Source: a virus
Taxonomy: Duplodnaviria > Caudoviricetes
DNA length: 52,412 bases
Virus record (IMG/VR): IMGVR_UViG_3300027743_000033
Span: 1 to 52,412 of that record
Direction: 5' to 3' (one strand)
Shown: positions 44,338 to 52,412 of the stretch, piece by piece
How the letters are laid out: the number at the start of each line of letters is the position of its first letter
How positions within the stretch are numbered: position 1 is the stretch's first letter
Notes under the pieces: generated by a model
Databases searched by the model: none
What the model was told of the DNA's origin: nothing
The model's input: the letters and a program-made list of their open reading frames with translations, nothing else
Position numbers and translations under genes: made by a program

Positions 44338-44484
44338 TCAAGCTGACGCACTGGTGTAATCCCCCCAGGACCGCGCGCCGCGCAGTTTGGATACTTCCTC
44401 GCGCAACTCGCGCACTTCCTCTTTCAGCTTGCGGACTTCTTCTCTCAGGTCATCGAGAGTAGCCGCCAGCGCATCTTCGCTCAT
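44338..44484 (-). CDS. 48-aa coiled-coil peptide ending LRGARSWGDYT
   Basis: Heptads LREEVRK-LKEEVRE-LREEVSK; motif also found at ~26315-26347. Confidence 0.62.
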   Translation of the reverse strand: MSEDALAATLDDLREEVRKLKEEVRELREEVSKLRGARSWGDYTSASA

Positions 44485-44503
44485 ATCGGACGCCCGTTGA
44501 TGG

Positions 44504-45124
44504 TCATGCGACACCCAGCCGCCGGAACGGCCGGATGAGATCGACCACCGGTGCCGACAGAAACCCGGAATTCGCCGTTGCCGTCGCCGAGGTGAAGTAA
44601 CTGATCCGCGTATCGCCGTGGCTGATGTCGCGGATGCTCGGGTCGCGCCCACCGGATGACCTGACTTCGAACACCGCCTCGATGACTGCCTTGGCGAGCC
44701 TGGCCGGTGCCTCTTCCGGCAGATCGTAGCCGCCCGAATAGGCGACCGCGATCTTGTTCTCCCAGGCGCCGTCCGGCATCCAGAGGCGCCCGGTCGGCGG
44801 ATCGAACTCGTAGTCGGCCGCGGTGGCGCCCAGTGTCGAGATCTCGAGCACCTCGACCACCGGATAGAGAGACAGCGTCAACGCCTGCCGCGCCGGCATG
44901 ATTTCGTTGCGATCGAAGGTAAACGTTTCCAGGCATTCCGCCCGTCCAAAGCGTCGGTCGCAATATTCCGCAATAAGCCGTGATTGAAACGTGATAGCCG
45001 CCTGCAGCGCCGCGTCGTCCGCGCTGCCCTCGATGCCGAGCGCGAGCTTGAGGTCGGCGAGACTGACGAGGTCGGGGCCGGCGCTGTCGGTCGCCTCGTC
45101 GACGATCTCGAAGATCGAGTGCAT
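44504..45124 (-). CDS. Head-tail connector/adaptor (gp6-like)
   Basis: LVSLADLKLALGI..DD, IAEYCDRRF, YPV and YSGGY. Confidence 0.82.
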   Translation of the reverse strand: MHSIFEIVDEATDSAGPDLVSLADLKLALGIEGSADDAALQAAITFQSRLIAEYCDRRFGRAECLETFTFDRNEIMPARQALTLSLYPVVEVLEISTLGATAADYEFDPPTGRLWMPDGAWENKIAVAYSGGYDLPEEAPARLAKAVIEAVFEVRSSGGRDPSIRDISHGDTRISYFTSATATANSGFLSAPVVDLIRPFRRLGVA

Positions 45125-45126
45125 CG

Positions 45127-45888
45127 CTACTTGAACCTGACCGGCTCGAGCGCGCGCTTGTCGTCCGGCCGGAAGTCACGGCCGTCGGCGCCGCGCTTGA
45201 CGGCGAGCCGCCAGTGGTCCGACTTGCCGGGCTTCTCGCTGGTATCGGCCTGCGCGATGAACATCGACCCGCCGTGGCTGACCGTATCGCCGGCCACATA
45301 GGCGCGCTCGGTCCAGACGCCGGCATCAAGCGGAATGGCGGTCTTGATCTCGTGGGTTTTGCCGCCGAGCGCCGCGTTCAGCGTGCGGCCGAGATCCGCC
45401 GAGGTGAACGCGGCCTTTTCGAAGACGCCGGCGATCTCTGCCGTGACCTGCTCGACGATGTAGCTCCGTAGCAACGCAAGGTCAGCGGCGTCCCGGCCAT
45501 CGCGTCCAGGATCTCCCTTGTCGCCTTTTTCCCCAGGAGGGCCTTGAGTAGCTTGCGGCCCAGGATCGCCTTGAACACCACGTTGCCCTTCCGGCCCAGG
45601 AGGACCTGGAATTCCATCGGTTCCTCTCTCGCCTTGCGCCCCTTTTTCACCGGCATCGCCTTTCGGCCCGATCGGACCTTCGGGTCCAGGAAGACCACGT
45701 TCGCCTTGCGATCCATCGATCCCTCGCTCTCCGACCGGCCCCGGCTCACCGGCGTCGCCCTTCTGGACCGGCCGCGCCTCAATGGCGACGAGGCGCGCAA
45801 TGAGCGGCGCGACGACCGCGCCTACGACCTCGTTCACGAACGGGACCAGGCCTTTTGCCAAGGCCTGAATCATTCTGTCGTCCATCAC
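45127..45888 (-). CDS. Collagen-repeat, CBM-like head-associated protein
   Basis: Gly-X-Y run; GVW...YVAGDTVSHGGSMFIA..W.LAVKRG. Confidence 0.78.
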   Translation of the reverse strand: MMDDRMIQALAKGLVPFVNEVVGAVVAPLIARLVAIEARPVQKGDAGEPGPVGERGIDGSQGERGLPGPEGPIGPKGDAGEKGAQGERGTDGIPGPPGPEGQRGVQGDPGPQATQGPPGEKGDKGDPGRDGRDAADLALLRSYIVEQVTAEIAGVFEKAAFTSADLGRTLNAALGGKTHEIKTAIPLDAGVWTERAYVAGDTVSHGGSMFIAQADTSEKPGKSDHWRLAVKRGADGRDFRPDDKRALEPVRFK

Positions 45889-47270
45889 GCGGCCTCGCGA
45901 TACACGGCTTGCAGCGCCCGATGAAACTGCTTCGGCACATCCGCAAGCTGTTCCTCATTTGGCGGCTTGGCCGCGCTGCCATCGGGCGGCGGAGATGGTG
46001 GAGCCGGCGGAGCATTCGGCTTGAACGGATCGTCTTGCGCGTCGCGTTTGGCCAGGGCCGCGAGCGAATAATTCTGCTGCTGCAAGTACGGCGACTCGCC
46101 GCCGTCGACCGGCTTGAGGTCGAGCTTGCCGCGGCCTTCGTTCGGCGACATGACGCCAGCGCCGACGGCGTCGCGGATCGAGGTGACCAGCGTCACGGTA
46201 TCCATGCGCAGCAGTGTCTCGGTGTCGAACTCTGTTCCGAGATCGCTGCCGCCGAGGCCGAGCGCATAGTCGAGCAGCTCCTCGATCTCCTCGATGTGGC
46301 TTTGCAGCGCTTGCGAATAATACTCGACGTTGAGCGCCTGCACGTTGTTGTAGGAGGGCAACGCGCCGACGCCGACCTTGTAGGGCGGGACATGGTAGAC
46401 CGAGCACACCACCTCGGCCGACCATTTCAGGTTCTCAATCAACTGACCCTCAACATGGGTCATCGAGACCTTTTCATATTTCAGACCGCCGCCCAGCACG
46501 GCAACGCGACCATAGTTGGCGCCACCGAAGCGGGCTTCCCATTGCTCCTTGAACCGCGTCTGCTGGACGTCGCTGATCTCGCCGGGCGCGGTGATGATGC
46601 CGCCAGGCGTTGACGAGTTCTCGAACAGCAGCGTCGATGCCCTTTGCGCATTGAGGCCGAGCATCGAGGACAAGCCGCTGGCAAACACCGGCGGCGTGCC
46701 GCACAGCGGATGGAACAGGCAGTTCATTCTGTCGTGGATGATCTCGCGCGCCGGCACGATGATGTCGCCGATGCCGGCGAGATTGTCGCTACTGAGCCGG
46801 TAGAACACGCTGCCGTCGTCGGACACCAGTGGCTGCACCCGCGTCGGATCGAGGACGTGCAAGTCGGTCACGACCTGGCGGTTGTCGCGCACCTTGAGAA
46901 TGTACGCATTGCCGCGGCTCAGTTTCGACAGCACCCAGCATTCGAAAAACTGGTTGTGGGTCTGGTAGTCGTTCGGCTGGCGCAGCACGGGCGAGTACGC
47001 CGGGTTCGTTGTCTCGCTCCAAATGTCATTGCTGTCCTTTTCGACCAGCTTGACGCGCAGCTTGGCGATGTCGCGCGCGATCAAAGTCTTGCATGCGAAG
47101 TCGGCATGGAAGCTCGACGCCGTGTCGGTGTTGATCGAGACGTTGCGCTGCCAGGCCCCGGCGAACGGTTCGCGGATGATCGGGAACCAGCCACCGCGGC
47201 CCTCCGAGACAGAACTCAACGCCTTCTGCTTCTCCCCGGTGAACGGGATCGGCAAGCCGAAAATGCGCAC
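45885..47270 (-). CDS. HK97-family portal protein
   Basis: RGNAY, EIIH and VCSVYHVPPYKVG; MSPNEGR. Confidence 0.93.
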   Translation of the reverse strand: MRIFGLPIPFTGEKQKALSSVSEGRGGWFPIIREPFAGAWQRNVSINTDTASSFHADFACKTLIARDIAKLRVKLVEKDSNDIWSETTNPAYSPVLRQPNDYQTHNQFFECWVLSKLSRGNAYILKVRDNRQVVTDLHVLDPTRVQPLVSDDGSVFYRLSSDNLAGIGDIIVPAREIIHDRMNCLFHPLCGTPPVFASGLSSMLGLNAQRASTLLFENSSTPGGIITAPGEISDVQQTRFKEQWEARFGGANYGRVAVLGGGLKYEKVSMTHVEGQLIENLKWSAEVVCSVYHVPPYKVGVGALPSYNNVQALNVEYYSQALQSHIEEIEELLDYALGLGGSDLGTEFDTETLLRMDTVTLVTSIRDAVGAGVMSPNEGRGKLDLKPVDGGESPYLQQQNYSLAALAKRDAQDDPFKPNAPPAPPSPPPDGSAAKPPNEEQLADVPKQFHRALQAVYREAA

Positions 47271-47629
47271 TAGCGGGTTTCCCGTGAAACCTTCGAGATC
47301 TCGTGCTGCAGCCGGATCGTACCCCAGCGCTTGTCGATCTCGATGCCGAGCCGGTGCGCTTGCGCACGCAGATCGTCGAGCGGATCGAGTTTGGTCTCCA
47401 TCCGCGCCGCCACCACCGGCTCTGGCATCGGAGCCGGTGGCAACGACTGCGGCGGAGACTTGCCGGGAGGACGAGGCGAAGCCTCCGCCGCATAGCGCGC
47501 CTTCTTGCTGGCGAGGAGCGCAAGCGCATGCCGCGCCGGCACCTCGTACTCGTCGCCGGCGGTCAGGTGCCGCGTGCCGTACTTGTGCGGCTTGACCGCC
47601 GTCAACCGGCGCATTTTTGTCATCGGCAT
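47270..47629 (-). CDS. Small head-module hypothetical protein
   Basis: Between capsid and portal; C-terminal LRAQAHRLGIEIDKRW helical module. Confidence 0.65.
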   Translation of the reverse strand: MPMTKMRRLTAVKPHKYGTRHLTAGDEYEVPARHALALLASKKARYAAEASPRPPGKSPPQSLPPAPMPEPVVAARMETKLDPLDDLRAQAHRLGIEIDKRWGTIRLQHEISKVSRETR

Positions 47630-47663
47630 AAGCCTTCCAGACGGCGTCTAACGCCTGATGTCC

Positions 47664-49622
47664 TCACGCGGTGTGAACCGGGCCGCCCCAATCGGCGCTG
47701 GTCAGATACGCAACCGACTGGGTCCGTCCACGCATCCAGTTGATTATACGCTCGGCGCGTATAAAAACGCTGTTGGTCTGAAAGGCCGATACTAACGATG
47801 CACCGGTCGGCGTGATCGAGTCATGCGCCGGCGCATCCGACATTTCGAGCGAGGCTTCGCGGCTGGCATCGATCTGGATGTCACCATCGTCCGCCACGAA
47901 GATGTCCGAGGCGTTGACAAGCACGACGATGTTCATCGCCTTGGTGATGTAATCGCTGGCAATCACCGGCATACCGTTAAGCGTGCCGCCGGTCATGCTC
48001 ATGCCATTGAACTCATGCTGTCCCAACGGGTTGGTCATCATTGCCAAGGCAACCGCATTGTTCGAAGACATGATCCAGACGCCGCTCGAGATTGGATTAT
48101 TGGCCGCAGCGAACTTGGCGTAGAGCGATCGGATATCGAGCCGGATGTCGTCGGCATCATCGCCCGACGACACCACCGTGGCAGCACCGTTGGTGATCGA
48201 GGCCGGCGAGACACCCGACACCGCGGTTTTCGCTGGATTGATAAAATCGATGTCCAGCCGTTCCCGTAAGGCTTGTGCCAGGCTGTCGCGAACGATGATG
48301 TCCGACTTCGGATTGCTGAAGCGAATCGACTCGTCGGTGAGCGCGCAGATGTTGGCGACCTTGGTTGGCGGAAGTGTCGTGCGCGCGAAGTTGAACGAGG
48401 TCAGCGGCTTGGCCTTGCCTTCGCCAACCCAGTAGCCGGCACCGCCACCGGTCTGCGTAACGATCGGCGTATTGAACATCACCGACCGCAGCGCGGGAAT
48501 GCCGCCCGTGCCGAAGCGGCCAAGGATGGTCATCGGCCGCAAATATTCCAGAAAAGCAGCAACCGCGGCGCTCTCCGCGCTGTACAGGTTGGCGGCCCAG
48601 TTGCCGCTGATCGTCGAGCCGGCCGGGACGGCGGTTTTGGTAAACTCACCGACGATGGCACTGTCGGGGCCGTACATTTCCACAGCAAGATCGGCCGCGG
48701 GACGAAACACCTTCTGTGACAAGGCCAAGCACTTAACCTTTTGGGCAAACAGCTGTCCCGGCTCCAGCCTCGGCTGCGGCTTGACGATGATCGAGGAGCC
48801 GCGCGCGTCGGAGCCTTCCTGCGCGGTGCTGGCTTTGGTCACCGGCCGAGCCGTGAACGCCTTGGCTTTCTCGACCTGGCGCAAGCGGACCAGGTCCTTG
48901 TCGATCGCCTCGACCTCGCCGGACAGCTTGTCGAACTCGTCCTGCTCGGCCGTGTCCGAGGTGCGATCCTCGTCCAACGTCTTCTGCATCACGGCTTCCA
49001 TGCGGGTGGCACTCGCCATCCGCTTCGCTTCCAGCGCGGTTATTTGCTCTGCAATAGTCTTCATGGCGCCCTCCTGGGCTGATGTTCGTCCCGAGGCGCC
49101 GGGTGGGTTGAGATGCACGACAGCGCGTGGCATGCGGCCAGGCGCGGCCCGCTGCGCGGTGTCGAGAGATTTGATGGTGTGAATTGTGGCCGAAGCATTT
49201 GCCGGCACACTTACCAAGCTCAGCTCTACGACTTCGGTTTCAATGAAACGAATTCCTCCATCCTTGAGCATCGCGTGCTCAAGTGGTCGAAACCCGATCG
49301 ACACGCCGCGCACCAACCCGGCCTTCACTTCTGCCCAGGCTGTGTCTACGCGATCTTTCAGAGAAGGCGGTTCTGCGACGTGAGGTATTCGCGCTTTAAA
49401 GGTAATTCCGTCCTCGGTAGGTTTATCAAACGTAACCGTGCCGATAGGTTTGTCGGACTTGTGATGGTGCAAAAGCGGAAGCGGGTTTTTGTAGTTTACG
49501 CCAAGCGGCTCGATAATGTCCCCGATTCTGTCAGGTTCAGGTGTTGTGGCCGTGCCCGTAATGATGCGCTGATCATCCTCTACCGCTTTCACAGTGAGGA
49601 TCGAATAAGCCCTGTTGAGCAT
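47664..49622 (-). CDS. Fused prohead protease - HK97-fold major capsid protein
   Basis: Protease motifs LHHH, GVSIGF and ELSLVSVPAN; coiled-coil delta domain; WVGEGKAKP and FQTNSVFIRAE. Confidence 0.92.
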   Translation of the reverse strand: MLNRAYSILTVKAVEDDQRIITGTATTPEPDRIGDIIEPLGVNYKNPLPLLHHHKSDKPIGTVTFDKPTEDGITFKARIPHVAEPPSLKDRVDTAWAEVKAGLVRGVSIGFRPLEHAMLKDGGIRFIETEVVELSLVSVPANASATIHTIKSLDTAQRAAPGRMPRAVVHLNPPGASGRTSAQEGAMKTIAEQITALEAKRMASATRMEAVMQKTLDEDRTSDTAEQDEFDKLSGEVEAIDKDLVRLRQVEKAKAFTARPVTKASTAQEGSDARGSSIIVKPQPRLEPGQLFAQKVKCLALSQKVFRPAADLAVEMYGPDSAIVGEFTKTAVPAGSTISGNWAANLYSAESAAVAAFLEYLRPMTILGRFGTGGIPALRSVMFNTPIVTQTGGGAGYWVGEGKAKPLTSFNFARTTLPPTKVANICALTDESIRFSNPKSDIIVRDSLAQALRERLDIDFINPAKTAVSGVSPASITNGAATVVSSGDDADDIRLDIRSLYAKFAAANNPISSGVWIMSSNNAVALAMMTNPLGQHEFNGMSMTGGTLNGMPVIASDYITKAMNIVVLVNASDIFVADDGDIQIDASREASLEMSDAPAHDSITPTGASLVSAFQTNSVFIRAERIINWMRGRTQSVAYLTSADWGGPVHTA

Positions 49623-49636
49623 GGCGGTTGGCCTTT

Positions 49637-49729
49637 TCAGAACCGGAACATCACGACGGCGAACACGATTGCCACGGCGGCGATGAGCGCGGCGAGGCCC
49701 GTCGCTATCACCACGTCGCGGTCGGCCAT
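49637..49729 (-). CDS. 30-aa TM peptide
   Basis: MADRDVVIATGLAALIAAVAIVFAVVMFRF. Confidence 0.45.
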   Translation of the reverse strand: MADRDVVIATGLAALIAAVAIVFAVVMFRF

Positions 49730-49789
49730 TGCTTTACTTGCCTGCTCTACGTTGTCCAAATAATAACGCGCAAATACTACTGAAATACA

Positions 49790-49817
49790 TTGACTACTTG
49801 GTAAATCAAAGTACATT
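49790..49817 (+). promoter_or_regulatory. Sigma70-like promoter of the antisense moron
   Basis: TTGACT-N16-TACATT in an AT-rich island. Confidence 0.6.
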
Positions 49818-49845
49818 ACAAGTATTGGAACGAAGGAACACGGAC

Positions 49846-50013
49846 ATGACCAAGCAAGACCCCATCAAGCAGACCGGCGCCTACCTCGATGCACATTGCG
49901 CCGCATTCAATGGCTGGAGCCTTCCAGCCGCCAGGAACCAGTTCGAGCAGCAGGCCATCGACCGGGGCCACTGGGACGGCCTCAAGGCCAGGGAACGAGC
50001 ACTGGGGGCGTAA
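49846..50013 (+). CDS. Moron: 55-aa hypothetical protein
   Basis: Has its own promoter, GAAGGA RBS and downstream hairpin. Confidence 0.65.
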   Translation: MTKQDPIKQTGAYLDAHCAAFNGWSLPAARNQFEQQAIDRGHWDGLKARERALGA

Positions 50014-50020
50014 GCCCCCA
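50003..50020 (+). terminator. GC hairpin TGGGGGC-GTAA-GCCCCCA
   Basis: Perfect 7-bp stem with a GTAA tetraloop at the moron end. Confidence 0.6.
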
Positions 50021-50040
50021 CCACTCTACGCACTTCCGGC

Positions 50041-50232
50041 TTAGCGCCGCTCTTGAACTTCGCTGCGCTTGACGACCTTTTCGGTGCCGTCCTCGAGCGT
50101 GACAACAACCTGGTCCTGGCCATCCGCAAAGCCCTGATCGCCCTTTCGCGCGTCACGCATGTTGCGGATGTTCTTGCCCTGATATTGACCGTGCTGGCCG
50201 CCTTGTCCTTGTCCACCTTCTTGCTGTGCCAT
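50041..50232 (-). CDS. Small Gln/Gly-rich hypothetical protein
   Basis: AAGGAG RBS; 63 aa. Confidence 0.65.
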   Translation of the reverse strand: MAQQEGGQGQGGQHGQYQGKNIRNMRDARKGDQGFADGQDQVVVTLEDGTEKVVKRSEVQERR

Positions 50233-50271
50233 GGCAATTTGCTCCTTTTTTGGTTGCCTGGTTAAACTCAC

Positions 50272-51960
50272 TCACGCAAAGAACAACTGATACTCGGGAT
50301 CGCGCTGCGGCTTCGGATCGCGCACCATCACCGTGACCGCGTCCATCAGTGCCATCCACGGATCGATCTTGGCGTCGCCCGCGCTCTGCTTGGTCGCCCG
50401 GATCGCCGTCGCCGTCGGCTCGATCTTCACATTGCCCACGCACCAGTCCATCAGCGCGTTTGGCGCGTGTTTGAGCGTGCCGTTCTCGACCTTGCGCTCG
50501 GCCGTCTTGATCGCGTTCATAAGCTGATAGCCTTGCGGCGCGCCGACGACTTGCTCGCCCTCCTGCGTGATCTTGATCGCGCGCAACGCCTCGATGAACT
50601 CGCCCAGGCCCGCGGGATCGACCGCCACGCACGCCAGCAGCTTCTTGTCCCGGATTTCGGCAATCAGCTCGACGATCTCCTCAATGTCCTGCTTCGCGTG
50701 CTCGACAATTGTCAGTTCACCGGCCGCCTGCGCCTGCACCAGCCGTGCCGCGATCGACTTGCGCCGTTCGAGCACGCTCCGATGACACCACGCATGCGTC
50801 CAGCACAGCCAGTCGAGCGTCTCGCGGCAGCGCCCGAGCACGGCGACCCCGAACAGGTCGTCGAGCCCACCTCCGTCAATCCCGACCACCACCACCTCGC
50901 ACCGGATCAGTATCTCCTCGAGCGTCAGCGCCGCATCCTGCGCCTCCTCCCAGAAGTCCGCGCCCGCCCAACGGTCGGTCGTGAACCCGATGCCCATCTC
51001 GATGTTGAGATGCTGCGAGGCCCAGCGCCGGATCTCCTCCTCGCCCTTGTAGGTGGCGGTCTCGTAGTCCGCGACCAGCCGGTCGATGGTGATCGACTTC
51101 CCGAGGTTCGGCGTCACCATCGGCCAGTGCGCCGGATTCTGCCACTGCTGCCGGTCCTTCGCGATGTCCGGCGGAAACTCGTACAGCACCGGCAACATCG
51201 CGGCGCCCGCCGCGCCGGCCAACCCGTCGCGGATCGCGCGCGCCATGTTCAGCTCGGCCCGGAACGCGCCCGCCGGCGGCTCGTCGCTTTGCGTCGTGAT
51301 GAACGCCAGGAACGCCTCCGGGATCGGCAATAGCCCGCCGCGGATCTGGCCGATGATCCGGGCGGCCTTCGCGTTGCGCGAAATCTCATGCAGCTCGTCG
51401 ATCAGCACGCCCGCCGGCTTGACGCCGGTCAGCACGCTCGTGTCGAACGTCTTGATCTTCAACTGCGCCTTGGTCCTACGATCCGTGATGCACTTCAGAT
51501 GCTCTTGCACCAGCATCCGCTTCTGCAGGAACCCGTCCGGATCGATCTGCGTCATGCCGGCCGCCTGCATGAACGCCAGGTCGGCCACCGCCTGCGTCGG
51601 CGCCACCAGCAAGAACTCGGCGCGCGGCCGCTTGTTCATCAACAGCGCCGTCATCATCAGCGCCGCACCGTAGGACGTCTTGCTCGATTTCTTCGCCGCC
51701 AAGAGGAACAGCTCGCGGATCACCCGCTCGCCGGTCTCCGTGTCGACGGCGCCGAGCAGCACGCCGACGATCTCGCGAAACCACGCGCCGGCGGCATCCG
51801 CCAGCGCCGGCGTGCCCGGCACGTCCGGCAGCCGCAGCTTGTCGAAGATCCTGGTCGCGCGCGCGGTCTCGGCCGCGTTGATGCTGTGCGCCGCCGGCGG
51901 GACCAGCGAGCGCAGATTGCGAATGCGCTCGCCCCAGTCCGCACACGACAGGTCGAGCAT
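50272..51960 (-). CDS. terL: Terminase large subunit
   Basis: AKKSSKTSY Walker A variant, VLIDELH, GIDGGGLDD and KIDPWMA. Confidence 0.93.
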   Translation of the reverse strand: MLDLSCADWGERIRNLRSLVPPAAHSINAAETARATRIFDKLRLPDVPGTPALADAAGAWFREIVGVLLGAVDTETGERVIRELFLLAAKKSSKTSYGAALMMTALLMNKRPRAEFLLVAPTQAVADLAFMQAAGMTQIDPDGFLQKRMLVQEHLKCITDRRTKAQLKIKTFDTSVLTGVKPAGVLIDELHEISRNAKAARIIGQIRGGLLPIPEAFLAFITTQSDEPPAGAFRAELNMARAIRDGLAGAAGAAMLPVLYEFPPDIAKDRQQWQNPAHWPMVTPNLGKSITIDRLVADYETATYKGEEEIRRWASQHLNIEMGIGFTTDRWAGADFWEEAQDAALTLEEILIRCEVVVVGIDGGGLDDLFGVAVLGRCRETLDWLCWTHAWCHRSVLERRKSIAARLVQAQAAGELTIVEHAKQDIEEIVELIAEIRDKKLLACVAVDPAGLGEFIEALRAIKITQEGEQVVGAPQGYQLMNAIKTAERKVENGTLKHAPNALMDWCVGNVKIEPTATAIRATKQSAGDAKIDPWMALMDAVTVMVRDPKPQRDPEYQLFFA

Positions 51961-52340
51961 CAGTGCACCAGCGTGACCCACTCGGTGCCATCGGCGCTCT
52001 TGACCGCGTCGATCGTCGCCTGCTCCTTCTTGCCGAGCGGAGGCGGCAATGGCGATGGCGACGGCGCATACTCGGACCAACCGGCGCGCACCTTCAGCCA
52101 GAAAATCGCCGCGGTGACCGCCTCACGCCCGGTGCCGGTCGCGATCTTGAACAGGTTGTCAGCTACTTGCGTGTTGGTCCTAACGTGCCCAAGATCGAGC
52201 TCGTCCCGGTAGTGAAGGCTGAGTGTCTTCGGATCAATGCCCATGACACCCGCGATGTCCGCCTCGCGAATTCCATAACCTGCCATGGTCTCAACCTGCC
52301 GCCGTTGGTCGGCGGTCGGCGTGTGCCTCTTTCTTCCCAT
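51960..52340 (-). CDS. terS: Terminase small subunit
   Basis: HTH IAGVMGIDPKTL..HY; AAIFWLKVRAGW; GGAGG RBS; TGATG coupling to terL. Confidence 0.88.
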   Translation of the reverse strand: MGRKRHTPTADQRRQVETMAGYGIREADIAGVMGIDPKTLSLHYRDELDLGHVRTNTQVADNLFKIATGTGREAVTAAIFWLKVRAGWSEYAPSPSPLPPPLGKKEQATIDAVKSADGTEWVTLVH

Positions 52341-52412
52341 CGAACCTCCAGTGATTTTTCATATTCTGGAAATATGTGTCTGATCCAAAGGGCAAAAAAT
52401 TCCCTGGATGGT

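Larger units (their letters stand above)
1..52412. mobile_element. Temperate siphovirus genome, near-complete, non-integrated (virion-type) arrangement
   Basis: Complete packaging, head, tail, lysis, integration, immunity and replication modules with no host genes. terS begins at one end, the packaging HNH ends at the other, and the integrase is internal. Confidence 0.93.

Overview
The window looks like an essentially complete ~52 kb temperate siphovirus genome with an HK97-type head and an alphaproteobacterial host (GcrA gene; probably Hyphomicrobiales/Bradyrhizobium-like). It appears linearised at the packaging (cos) region, and most genes are on the minus strand. Read on the minus strand from 52412 the order is terS, terL, fused protease-major capsid, portal, connector, a glycan-modification cassette, neck/collagen fibre, tail, then lysis. 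A plus-strand early-left arm carries YqaJ/RecT recombination genes, a GIY-YIG homing endonuclease, two PEP-CTERM-like surface proteins, xis, int and an attP candidate. The immunity region follows, then a minus-strand early-right arm (cro, cII-like, HNH-SF2 helicase, GcrA, HNH homing endonuclease/rusA, replication genes, Q-like gene, HNH). Main result: a 2788-bp IS21 with an 8-bp target duplication splits the repressor gene. Removing it in silico restores a 162-aa CI made of an XRE HTH fused to a HicB/DUF1902-like antitoxin domain instead of a peptidase domain. This gene is translationally coupled to a HicA toxin, and the pair is bracketed by two matching lambda-like operator/promoter units. 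All family assignments come from motif recognition by eye; no database search was run.
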